Source: Candidatus Parvarchaeum sp. (lineage in GTDB: Archaea > Nanobdellota > Nanobdellia > Parvarchaeales > Parvarchaeaceae). Taken from it: a stretch of DNA of 64,000 bases. The DNA is taken from the NCBI GenBank assembly GCA_049965555.1, contig JBMFWF010000001.1, positions 1-64,000 of the forward strand, in the 5' to 3' direction. The notes beneath the pieces are model-generated. The model did not search any database and was not told the origin of the DNA. It saw only the letters and a program-made list of their open reading frames with translations. Each line of letters starts with the position of its first letter. Position 1 is the first letter of the stretch. Of this stretch, positions 18,948-27,843 are shown piece by piece. The position numbers were made by a program, and so were the translations under genes.

Positions 18948-20525
18948 ATGGCAAAATCAATATTTTATGACTGGAGGATAATACTGATGATTCTTTTAGT
19001 AGTTGTATCTTTCTTGGCGATACAGCCCAACATCACAAACGTTAATGGAGCGCAGGTAGTTTACATCCCTGTCAATTCTTATATTGGAAACCTAAGCTCA
19101 AGAGGGATCATTGGGCTGCAGGCCGGTTCCATAATAACTGCAGTAGACGGCGTACCAGTACATAACATACAGCAGTTTTATAGCCAATTAAACAAAAGTG
19201 CAATAGTTAACACCTCTCTAAGCTTGACGTATGAAAATGAGTTATTTCCATACATATACAAAAGCAATACAACAAAGATATTTGTTGAGCCTGGAGCTGT
19301 CTTTAATTCTTCAACCATACAGACACAAAACGTTCCTTACACGCACTTAAACTACGGTTTGGATATAATTGGAGGTACACAGATAGAGGTCGTTCCAAAT
19401 TCTACAAACTATAACGCTTCTGTGCTTTCTGATTTAGAGACGACGCTTTCAAAAAGGCTTGATGTTTACGGCATAAGCGGCACTACAGTCAGCACCGTCC
19501 AAGCCCTTTCAGGCAAGGCATTCATAATGGTCAGCATGCCTAACGTAGGAGAAAGCCAGGCCCTTTCATTGATCCAAAACCAAGGCAAGTTCTATGCCAC
19601 AATAGGCAACATAACTGTCTTCAACAGCAGCAATGCAAGCGAAAGCATACTCGATGTGTGTCTGTCTTCAGGCTGTCCTTTTGGGGTTTACCAAACGCCA
19701 AGTGCGTCAAACGGCTATCAATTCCAGTTTGGGATACAGCTTGCTTCAGGAGCTGCAAAGAACTTTGAGAATGCTGTAAAAACGCTCAAGCCTTCCACAA
19801 CAAATCCGGGGTATTTCAACAAGAGAATACATCTTTACTTAAACGGCGTGCAGCAAGGGCAGCCTCTTTTAATTTCGGAGAACATACTTACAAACTTCAA
19901 CGGTGCTATAACAATAGAAGGGGGAGGGGCAGACTTGCAGCAGTCAATGGCAGACATGAAAACCCTTCAGGCAGTGATGCAGTCTGGAAGTTTGCCGGTG
20001 CCATTGAAGATAATATCGATAAGCTCCATTTCTCCGACCGCAGGCAGCCAGTTCATAAGCCAGATATACATTTTACTGCTGCTAGCATTCGTACTTGTAA
20101 GTATAGTTATATTCTTGAGATACAAAGATTACAAGATTTCTTCATTGATACTGCTTACAAGCATTACTGAGATATTCATAGTAATAGGGGTCGCGGCCGC
20201 AATACATTGGACATTAGATATACCAAGCATGGCTGGTATAATCGCAAGCATAGGTATATCGGTTGACGACCAGATAATAATAACGGATGAGATGAGAAGA
20301 GGGTCGTCACAGATGGAATATGCCGTTACAAAGAAAAGGATAAGCAGGGCATTCTTCATAATATTCGTTTCATTCTTTTCATTTGCAGCTATAATGTTTC
20401 CTTTGTTGTTCTCTACCGCAAGCCTGTTTGCAGGGTTTGCACTTACAACAATACTGGCTTCTTTGATAGGTTTATTGGTCACAAGGCCTGCATACGCCAG
20501 AATAATAGGAAAGCTTGAAGGATAA
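18948..20525 (+). CDS. secD: protein translocase subunit SecD
   Basis: GLDIIGGT, SGSLPV, AGIIASIGISVDDQIII.DE, TRPAY. Confidence 0.93.
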   Translation: MAKSIFYDWRIILMILLVVVSFLAIQPNITNVNGAQVVYIPVNSYIGNLSSRGIIGLQAGSIITAVDGVPVHNIQQFYSQLNKSAIVNTSLSLTYENELFPYIYKSNTTKIFVEPGAVFNSSTIQTQNVPYTHLNYGLDIIGGTQIEVVPNSTNYNASVLSDLETTLSKRLDVYGISGTTVSTVQALSGKAFIMVSMPNVGESQALSLIQNQGKFYATIGNITVFNSSNASESILDVCLSSGCPFGVYQTPSASNGYQFQFGIQLASGAAKNFENAVKTLKPSTTNPGYFNKRIHLYLNGVQQGQPLLISENILTNFNGAITIEGGGADLQQSMADMKTLQAVMQSGSLPVPLKIISISSISPTAGSQFISQIYILLLLAFVLVSIVIFLRYKDYKISSLILLTSITEIFIVIGVAAAIHWTLDIPSMAGIIASIGISVDDQIIITDEMRRGSSQMEYAVTKKRISRAFFIIFVSFFSFAAIMFPLLFSTASLFAGFALTTILASLIGLLVTRPAYARIIGKLEG

Positions 20526-21324
20526 AATGGAAGAATTTAGATTGGATCCGATAGACCTAACCTTTGACTTGATAAGCAATGAGAAAACGGGCTGTAGAGA
20601 ATGCTTGCCTGTGGAAAACGCAGTAAAATCAATAGAATTTAGGGGGAGTTACTTAAGAGTATACGAGATAAAGGACAGAGTACAGCCTTCAAGATACCAG
20701 CTTGATGGAAAGTTTTTCAAGCGTTCAAATGCACACGGGTATGAGGAATTGATCGTGGAAAACGAAAAACACTCCGCCAACTTTGCAAATTATTCTGCGG
20801 ATGACATTGAAAAGCTACTCCTGGTTATAAGCGATAGACTTAATGAACTTAAATCCTATGACATAGGAAAGAACATATCAGTAAGCAGATATGTCAACGG
20901 ACACGATTATTGGGATCTTGTTATTCTGCCGATACCAATGCACAGCACGCAAAAATGCCATGTATGCGAAAGCCTGAATTACACTGGCAATAGAGAAGTA
21001 TACAAGACAGAGAACATAATTGCATATGTGCCTTTTTCGCCAAAAAAGAATGAAATTATGAGGATAACGACGCTTAAGCACACTACCATAGAGGGATTGG
21101 ACAGCGTTATTGCATTTGACTTGGCAAATCTTATCATAAAGATAATAAACAAATTTACAAAGGAAATAACCTTCAACATTAAGCAGTCTGGAGCGGAACA
21201 TTTTGAGATAGTAGTGCTTGCAGGAGAGAATGACCCTATAGATGCACTGGGAATAAACAGAATAAATTACTTTCCAGAGGAGACTGCAAAAAAAATCAGC
21301 GAAAAGTTAAATGATGGAAAATAA
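20515..21324 (+). CDS. degenerate GalT/HIT-like protein
   Basis: R.DP, AHGYEELIVE..KH, CHVC, IAYVPF.P follow GalT layout; HxH nucleophile motif absent. Confidence 0.6.
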   Translation: MKDKMEEFRLDPIDLTFDLISNEKTGCRECLPVENAVKSIEFRGSYLRVYEIKDRVQPSRYQLDGKFFKRSNAHGYEELIVENEKHSANFANYSADDIEKLLLVISDRLNELKSYDIGKNISVSRYVNGHDYWDLVILPIPMHSTQKCHVCESLNYTGNREVYKTENIIAYVPFSPKKNEIMRITTLKHTTIEGLDSVIAFDLANLIIKIINKFTKEITFNIKQSGAEHFEIVVLAGENDPIDALGINRINYFPEETAKKISEKLNDGK

Positions 21325-22207
21325 TGCAACAATGAAGGCGTTGCTTGTGACTGTGATTTTACTTGCGGCATTTACCGCGATACTCTACGTTTATCCCCTT
21401 AAACCAATAGCAGTAAATAACCAACAGAATGTCACAAACAGCATAAAACTGGAAGATTTCCTTTCTAGTTACAAAATAAATTTGAGCAGGCTGTATGACA
21501 AAGACCTATATTATTTTTACGGCGGCTTGTCAAACAATTCTGTAATATTCGGCTGCAATTATGAGATGGAGCCTGCCTTTCCTTCCGTACCGTTAAACTC
21601 TACTGTCCTTCAGAATGAATACAATAATGTTATAAAGAACATGGCTCTTATTTCAATGTGCAGCGTGGAGAACATAACAAACTGCAGCAATGCAGAAGAA
21701 CAGCTTTACAATTTCATAAATGAAAGCATGACAAAAACACAGATAAAACAGATGTTTAACCTATCTCGTTCAGAAGTTGAAAGCTATTACGCGGAGATTG
21801 TTGATTCTGGATTCCAGAACTATTCTATTGTTGATCCTTTAAAATATGACTTAAAACTCTTCAATGAAAGCACAAATATAAGCAGCATGATAAAAACAGT
21901 ATTAATGATGAAGCAGATGCCAGTAAATATAGTATTCAATGGAAATGGAAAGATATTGGACTATGAAAACGAAACGGCGGTATACAGCCCATTCCAGTTC
22001 CAAGTTTACAGGCTTATAAATGCAACCAAATGCAGTTACTCAAAGATATTCAATGTAGTTGTAGATCCTGGTTACTTTTCATCCCCAAGCTACGCTTACA
22101 TGTACAAAAGTCTTGGGAACTACACAAACATATGCATAATCAACAGCAAGAACAGCTGCAATGCCAGCGAGATGAAAAATTTAAACATGTCGTTCTATGC
22201 TAACTAA
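21311..22207 (+). CDS. exported/membrane-anchored hypothetical protein
   Basis: N-terminal TM segment, many NxS/T sequons, 6 Cys. Confidence 0.7.
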   Translation: MMENNATMKALLVTVILLAAFTAILYVYPLKPIAVNNQQNVTNSIKLEDFLSSYKINLSRLYDKDLYYFYGGLSNNSVIFGCNYEMEPAFPSVPLNSTVLQNEYNNVIKNMALISMCSVENITNCSNAEEQLYNFINESMTKTQIKQMFNLSRSEVESYYAEIVDSGFQNYSIVDPLKYDLKLFNESTNISSMIKTVLMMKQMPVNIVFNGNGKILDYENETAVYSPFQFQVYRLINATKCSYSKIFNVVVDPGYFSSPSYAYMYKSLGNYTNICIINSKNSCNASEMKNLNMSFYAN

Positions 22208-22703
22208 GTCAAGATATTATATTTATTCTGCCATAATATTCGTCCTTGTAATGCTTGCAGTTTTCTTCTATTATCAGACTTACTCCTTAAACAACCTTTA
22301 TGCCTTCCACAAAACGGATTTGAACATGTCTGGATTATGTTCTCCAAACCTGCCATCATTTGTTATTTATTATGCAGATAATTGCAGGACATGCGATTCC
22401 ACTCTTAATTCTTTCCAGAATGTAACCTCTCTTTTTGGGTTATGGGGCAATAAAACATTCTACAGCGGGTATTTCTGCGCGTGGGAATTCAACATATCCG
22501 CATACAACAACAATATAACAAGCGACATGCCCGATTCTGCTGTTTCAGTTTTCAACCAGATAGGCGTTAACAGGGTTCCTCTTATAGTCTTCAATGGGAA
22601 GTATTATAAAGTTGGAGGGTTTGCAAATAACCAGACTGCATACAATGAAATATTGAAGTACATCTGCCTTTCAGTCAACGAATCTCTTCCGCAGTGTAGC
22701 TGA
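22197..22703 (+). CDS. membrane-anchored thioredoxin-fold protein
   Basis: N-terminal TM, YYADNCRTC (CxxC), VPLIVFNGKY cis-Pro loop. Confidence 0.65.
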   Translation: MLTKSRYYIYSAIIFVLVMLAVFFYYQTYSLNNLYAFHKTDLNMSGLCSPNLPSFVIYYADNCRTCDSTLNSFQNVTSLFGLWGNKTFYSGYFCAWEFNISAYNNNITSDMPDSAVSVFNQIGVNRVPLIVFNGKYYKVGGFANNQTAYNEILKYICLSVNESLPQCS

Positions 22704-22705
22704 AA

Positions 22706-22951
22706 ATGGTAAAAAAAATAGACAAGGAACTAATGGAATCGGTGCTTTCCTCTCTATCAAATGGAGAAAAGACAGGCTATGAAATATACAAAGAAATAAA
22801 AAAAGAAGGCAGGAAAGTATCAAGCAGGATAGTTTATCATTATCTTTACCTTGCATTGAAAGAAGGAAAAGTGACTGTGGAGAACAAAAATGAACTTGGG
22901 AACTTCAGCTGGGGAAATACTGTAAGAAAGAGGTATTACAGGCTTAGATGA
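22706..22951 (+). CDS. PadR-like winged-helix regulator
   Basis: TGYEIYKEI, VYHYL..., RKRYYRL. Confidence 0.75.
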   Translation: MVKKIDKELMESVLSSLSNGEKTGYEIYKEIKKEGRKVSSRIVYHYLYLALKEGKVTVENKNELGNFSWGNTVRKRYYRLR

Positions 22952-23468
22952 TTCCCAATTCAATGCCTGCCTTAACAAGAGATATCATTCCGCCGGGCCT
23001 CCGCTCCTCTATTTCTGTCAAAAACTTCAGTACTTTTTCATCTTTCTCATTTCTTTTTACACCTGCCAGTATTTTCTTCTTCAGTCTAAAAAAGCTGATT
23101 ATCTCATTCTCTGATACGTTAAAAAGCGGGCTGAAGCCATCCTTTTCCTTTATCTTCTTGTCAGTTGGCTCATGGAAAAGAAAGAACTTCATCACAGAGA
23201 TGGCAAAGTCCTCCAACGTGTAGGAATAAAGCTTATCTCCTCCTTTTCCTTGCATATCTTTAAACATAAATTCAAGGAAGGACCTGCCGCAATAATTATT
23301 ATTTCCCAAAACGAAAAGTCGGCTTCTTGATTTATTTGCATTGATGTTTGACTTGACTCTTTTCAACAGCATTCTCTCGAAGTGTTTTTTGCAAAGCTCC
23401 TGCTTTAAGTAGGGAGAATAAAAAACAGCCTTCCTGCCGCATATGGCGCAGTTTTTGTTGGTATCCAT
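22944..23468 (-). CDS. degenerate TtuA/Ncs6-like protein
   Basis: N-terminal CxxC..LCxxHF zinc finger and C-terminal PL..VSE.EI / EIEERRPG; no SGGxDS PP-loop. Confidence 0.6.
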   Translation of the reverse strand: MDTNKNCAICGRKAVFYSPYLKQELCKKHFERMLLKRVKSNINANKSRSRLFVLGNNNYCGRSFLEFMFKDMQGKGGDKLYSYTLEDFAISVMKFFLFHEPTDKKIKEKDGFSPLFNVSENEIISFFRLKKKILAGVKRNEKDEKVLKFLTEIEERRPGGMISLVKAGIELGII

Positions 23469-23500
23469 AAATATTAATTAGTCTATCTTTTATTATTTAT

Positions 23501-24220
23501 ATGCCAGCTAGCATTATTGTGGTGATGAGTCCAAAAGGAGGTGTAGGAAAAACAACTACTGCCGTAAATATTGCCACTGCAATTTCTAATCTGGGCAAAA
23601 AAACGCTTTTAATAGATGCAAATCTTGAAACGCCGCATGTTGCGGTTTACTACGGCTTTGTGGGGTTCAAATATTCCTTAGAGGATGTATTGAATGAAAG
23701 AACAAGGATAGAAGAAGCAATATACACGGGAGATAATCCAAACTTCCACCTTTTGCCATCAAGAGTCGCAAAGAACGGAGGAGATAAATCTGCGCACAAA
23801 CTAATAAACATCAATCTTTATTTAAACAAACTAAGGGATAAATATGATTTTATAGTGATAGACTCTAAGCCTTCCTATGATATCGAATTCATAAAACTCA
23901 TAAAAGAAGCAAAAAGCCTTATCATATCAAACCCTGATATAACCTCAATAATCGAGGCTAAAAAACTTAAGCAGGAGTTAGAAGACGCGGGAATAAAGAT
24001 ACTGGGCTTAATCGTGAACAAAGTAAACACGAGAATAAAAGAGCAGATGACAAAGAAAGAAATAGGAGAGTTAACAAAGATAAACAACATCTGGGAAATA
24101 AGAGAGGACAACAAGGTTTACAATGCCCTTAAAGTCGGCATCCCTCTAGTAATATCATCGCCTAAAAGCTTTGCGGCAAGGGACATAAATAACATAGCGA
24201 AGCAGATAATTAAGATATGA
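23501..24220 (+). CDS. MinD/ParA family ATPase
   Basis: Deviant Walker A KGGVGKTT, LIDANL, IVIDS. Confidence 0.9.
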   Translation: MPASIIVVMSPKGGVGKTTTAVNIATAISNLGKKTLLIDANLETPHVAVYYGFVGFKYSLEDVLNERTRIEEAIYTGDNPNFHLLPSRVAKNGGDKSAHKLININLYLNKLRDKYDFIVIDSKPSYDIEFIKLIKEAKSLIISNPDITSIIEAKKLKQELEDAGIKILGLIVNKVNTRIKEQMTKKEIGELTKINNIWEIREDNKVYNALKVGIPLVISSPKSFAARDINNIAKQIIKI

Positions 24221-24402
24221 CGGTTTACAGAATTGTTAAATGCCCAAACTGCGGCAAGTACAGGAAAACATCATCTGTTAAAACCGTAAAGTGTTTTTAT
24301 TGCGGTAAGGCTTTCACGGTAATGAACCATATTGTAAGCGAAGAAAATTACAAAAAAGATATGGGCAAGAAAAAGGTTGGATTCGAAATATTTAAGGCTT
24401 AG
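24217..24402 (+). CDS. small zinc-ribbon protein (DUF1922-like)
   Basis: CPNCG...KCFYCG; ATGA coupling to the MinD/ParA gene. Confidence 0.7.
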   Translation: MTVYRIVKCPNCGKYRKTSSVKTVKCFYCGKAFTVMNHIVSEENYKKDMGKKKVGFEIFKA

Positions 24403-24904
24403 ATTTGTATATCCTTGAAACTCTGTCCCCCAAATGGTATACATAAGTATCCTTCTTGGTGTTGTTTTCCTGATATGGGGAATATCCTTCTTTTGGTGAT
24501 TTTTCTGCCTTAACTAAAAAGGCTATTTTTGACTTTGGCTCTGTTTCATTTCTGTATATAGACACAAAGTATACTTCCTTTCCTTCTGCTTCCTTATCAC
24601 TGTCTATTTTTTTAAACTTTCCATCCTCAAACGAAAAAACATGCGATCTGTAGATTGAACGATCATATGCTGCCTCTTCGATAAAGTGTGCGTATGCCCA
24701 TTCGCTTTTAATATCATATAGTTTTTCAAGCTTCGACTTCGTTTTTGAATCCAATTCGCTGTAAGGCGGTATGAAAACATTCAAATTGAATTCGTCTTCT
24801 TTTCCGGTGTATTTAGTTCTTATTACCTTGTTATCCTGATATCTATATTTAGACCCTCTCTCTGTTTCAAATCCAATTATTCTTTCTAATCCGTTATTTT
24901 CCAC
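24392..24904 (-). CDS. hypothetical protein
   Basis: 170-aa ORF with GTG start; no motif recognised. Confidence 0.6.
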   Translation of the reverse strand: MENNGLERIIGFETERGSKYRYQDNKVIRTKYTGKEDEFNLNVFIPPYSELDSKTKSKLEKLYDIKSEWAYAHFIEEAAYDRSIYRSHVFSFEDGKFKKIDSDKEAEGKEVYFVSIYRNETEPKSKIAFLVKAEKSPKEGYSPYQENNTKKDTYVYHLGDRVSRIYKSKP

Positions 24905-25021
24905 TCTTTTATATGAATAAAAATAGTATTTATAATTTACTATTCTATAGTGAATATATAATATAACAAATTTATAATGTAATAAATACTTTTATTATAG
25001 AAGTTAAATTCTTAGTATTAT

Positions 25022-25093
25022 GCCTTGGTAGCTCAACGGCAGAGCATCTGCTTCGTAAGCAGGAGGTTGTGGGTTCGAAACCCACCCAAGGCT
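25022..25093 (+). tRNA. tRNA-Thr(CGU)
   Basis: GCCTTGG...TCTGC-TT-CGT-AA-GCAGG...GTGGG-TTCGAAA-CCCAC-CCAAGGC-T. Confidence 0.95.
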
Positions 25094-25213
25094 TAGTTTA
25101 TAATTAAAATAAGCTTGTAAGAATTTTTTCATTATAGATTATACTCTATCTGCTATTGCATCGGCATTACTTTACAAAATCATACTTATATTTTAAAAAT
25201 TCATAAAAAAGAT

Positions 25214-25651
25214 ATGAAAGGACAGGAATCCTTGGAGATGATAATAATATACAGTTTGGCTATAGCAGTAATAGGATCAATATTTTATATAATATTCACG
25301 TTTTTCCCGAGTTTAACAGGCGCGACAACTCAACCCAGCTACTCTGGGTTTCCAGGATTCAGAATAATACAGCAGGGTTACATCTCATCAAAATCCCTTT
25401 TCTACATAAAATTCCAGAACCTGCTGAATGAAAACGTTAAAATAGACGGTTTATCCATCTTAATTTCAGGTGTAAACTATACCAACTTTGTTTGCTCAAA
25501 AACTTATCTCCCCGCTTTGGAATACAGCGAATGCAATTTAACGTCTGTATCACTTGGCAGTTCATTCAGCGGAAACGGTTATATATATTATACTCCTACA
25601 AACATATCTTCCTCCCCGATCATAGTATCTATGGGGAACATAATCAATTAA
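25214..25651 (+). CDS. pilin-like protein (class III signal peptide)
   Basis: MKG|QESLEM plus hydrophobic helix; SGF.GF motif as in other pilins here. Confidence 0.75.
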   Translation: MKGQESLEMIIIYSLAIAVIGSIFYIIFTFFPSLTGATTQPSYSGFPGFRIIQQGYISSKSLFYIKFQNLLNENVKIDGLSILISGVNYTNFVCSKTYLPALEYSECNLTSVSLGSSFSGNGYIYYTPTNISSSPIIVSMGNIIN

Positions 25652-25697
25652 GGGTTAGAGTTAGATATTTATACTTACAGATTTTAATTTATCCCTT

Positions 25698-26105
25698 ATG
25701 GGATCATATAAATACATACATGCGAATGAAATGGCTTTGTATAAGAATGAAAATAGGAAAAAAGAGATCTTGCAGGAAGTAAGAAACCAGCCAATAATAC
25801 AAAGAATAGAGAAACCTACAAAACCTGCAAAGGCTAAAACAATAGGGTACAAAGCTAAACAAGGATACATAGTGGTAAGGGTGAGAGTGAGCAAGGGAGA
25901 TTTCAGAAGGCCGAGACCAAACCACGCAAGAAGGCCGAGTAAAAGCGGATTATACTACAAACTAGAGGTCAGCAAAGAAGACATAGCAAGAAACAGGGCC
26001 TTAAGAGTATACAAGAACATGAAAGTCATAGGCTCGTATTTTCTGATAGAAGACGGAAAGAACAAATGGTTTGAGATAGTAATGGCAGACAGAGGAAAAC
26101 TGTAA
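25698..26105 (+). CDS. rpl15e: 50S ribosomal protein L15e (short form)
   Basis: RIEKPT.P.KA..IGYKAKQG.IVVRVRV, EDG..KWFEIV. Confidence 0.93.
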   Translation: MGSYKYIHANEMALYKNENRKKEILQEVRNQPIIQRIEKPTKPAKAKTIGYKAKQGYIVVRVRVSKGDFRRPRPNHARRPSKSGLYYKLEVSKEDIARNRALRVYKNMKVIGSYFLIEDGKNKWFEIVMADRGKL

Positions 26106-26220
26106 ATTAACGCTATTCGATTAATTTTATGCTGCTTTGATTTGAATGCAATAAGTTTTAATTTATTGTACTTATAGGCATTCATAAAAACAATTTAAAT
26201 TAACAAAGGCTAAAAATCTA

Positions 26221-26730
26221 ATGGATGTTGAACAGTTTCTTTTCTTTGAAGTACTCATTGGCATAGTAATAGCGCTTACGATGTTTTTCCTTTTCTACAA
26301 TAATTATTCATCTATTTTTCCAGTAGGTTGCGATTCAGCGACAGCTCTCCTGCAGAACCAATTTACAAGCGCAGAATACGGCTATGCTAACAGGATGGAA
26401 GGCACCCCTTTGTTTAGATGCTATGATGAAAATGCTTGTTACAATGCAGCAACGGCTCAGCAAACGTGCATAAGGCATTGGTGTTACTATGATCTTTGGA
26501 AAAACGGGCAGGGGAGCGATTCTGCTGTACAAGCATGCATTGATAGCCCTCCTGCAAGTATAAACAAGTCATGCAGCGTTGTATCTCCTACAAATACTGC
26601 AGATTTATTCAGCTGTTCAGAGAGCACTATAGTTGCTAATAACGCCACTGACATACAGAACTGCGCAATAAATGTCACAGCATGCATATCGGGGGACGGG
26701 CCTTACTGCCCTGCATGTGTAGCTCAATGA
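26221..26730 (+). CDS. Cys-rich membrane-anchored exported protein
   Basis: N-terminal TM, 12 Cys in 169 aa. Confidence 0.75.
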   Translation: MDVEQFLFFEVLIGIVIALTMFFLFYNNYSSIFPVGCDSATALLQNQFTSAEYGYANRMEGTPLFRCYDENACYNAATAQQTCIRHWCYYDLWKNGQGSDSAVQACIDSPPASINKSCSVVSPTNTADLFSCSESTIVANNATDIQNCAINVTACISGDGPYCPACVAQ

Positions 26731-26731
26731 T

Positions 26732-26893
26732 ATGGATAAAAAAGGAAGCGTAGAATGGCGTCTTATATGGATAATGCTGGTAATAATAACCGCTATCGCG
26801 ATTATAGGGCTTATTGTAATACTTTTTTACGCAGGATCGCACAGTAGCTCTCCCTTCTCATATTTCGGAAATCTCCTGGGAGGGGGGTCATAA
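26732..26893 (+). CDS. 53-aa mini-pilin-like protein (not in ORF track)
   Basis: MDKKG|SVEWRLIWIMLVIITAIAIIGLIVILFYAGSHSSSPFSYFGNLLGGGS*; fills the gap, its TAA abuts the next ATG. Confidence 0.75.
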   Translation: MDKKGSVEWRLIWIMLVIITAIAIIGLIVILFYAGSHSSSPFSYFGNLLGGGS

Positions 26894-27784
26894 ATGGAAG
26901 AGGGCATTCTATTGACGATAGTTTTTGTTATATTTGTCATAATAGCAGGAATAATTCTTTCAGTCGTTTCCTTTTCTATAATAACCTCATTTGGCACACT
27001 AAACTTCGGATTAAGCTGCTTTACCGCATTTACCCAGTATAAGATAGTGAACAGCTTTTTAGCTCCATTTACAGGCATAACATCTTTCTTCGGCTTTTCA
27101 AATATAGTTATAAGCCCAACGCAATCTGCACAGGTGCAAAGAGACTGCTTGCAGACTGCGAATGTAAATGAAAAGAGCACTGCAAGTTTTGCATCCTCGT
27201 TTTATACAGAAGCGTCGTCATGCTTTAGTTTATTTTCCGGAGGAAATGCAGTAATAGGTTCGCAGATTCTTTCTGCTAAAAACATAAACCAGATATTCAA
27301 CTGTTACAAAGGATCATTGATTAGTCAAAGCAATGACGTAAATTATTCAGCAATAATAAGTTATATTGACAGCAATTATAACGGGAGCTATCCACTGCAG
27401 ATAGTTTTCATAACGAATGGAAGCAATGGCAATGCAACATACATAACTCCATCTGACAAGCTTTCAAATTCAAGCTATACAGTAACTTACTTTGGCTATC
27501 CTTCTGGAGGGATCAAAAACTGCCAGGTGAGCTTCAAAGACCAGTGTGAGTACACAGCCAGATTCCAGCAGCCAATAATAAACGACCTATCGGTATGCGC
27601 TTATTCGAATGAGACTACGAATCAAAGCAGGGAGACAGTAAGCTCTCTTAGCGACGGCAACCCCTCTCTAAATATAATAAATGAGAATAGTGGCTGTGAT
27701 TACTATGTGCCTTTATGTGGAAAGCTCAGCAACTATATGGTGTATAGTCAAAGCAGGGTATTTGTATGCATACCCGGCCAATGA
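26894..27784 (+). CDS. Cys-rich membrane-anchored exported protein
   Basis: N-terminal hydrophobic helix, 10 Cys, NxS/T sequons. Confidence 0.75.
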   Translation: MEEGILLTIVFVIFVIIAGIILSVVSFSIITSFGTLNFGLSCFTAFTQYKIVNSFLAPFTGITSFFGFSNIVISPTQSAQVQRDCLQTANVNEKSTASFASSFYTEASSCFSLFSGGNAVIGSQILSAKNINQIFNCYKGSLISQSNDVNYSAIISYIDSNYNGSYPLQIVFITNGSNGNATYITPSDKLSNSSYTVTYFGYPSGGIKNCQVSFKDQCEYTARFQQPIINDLSVCAYSNETTNQSRETVSSLSDGNPSLNIINENSGCDYYVPLCGKLSNYMVYSQSRVFVCIPGQ

Positions 27785-27843
27785 TATTTTGCCTCAAATA
27801 TGAATTGGATATTAATTTATTGCATAAAAACACTACTTAATTA

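Noticed and set aside
24392-25651. Integrated element at tRNA-Thr(CGU) or the other tRNAs
   Set aside because: No duplicated tRNA 3' end noticed, no integrase, and flanks return quickly to housekeeping genes
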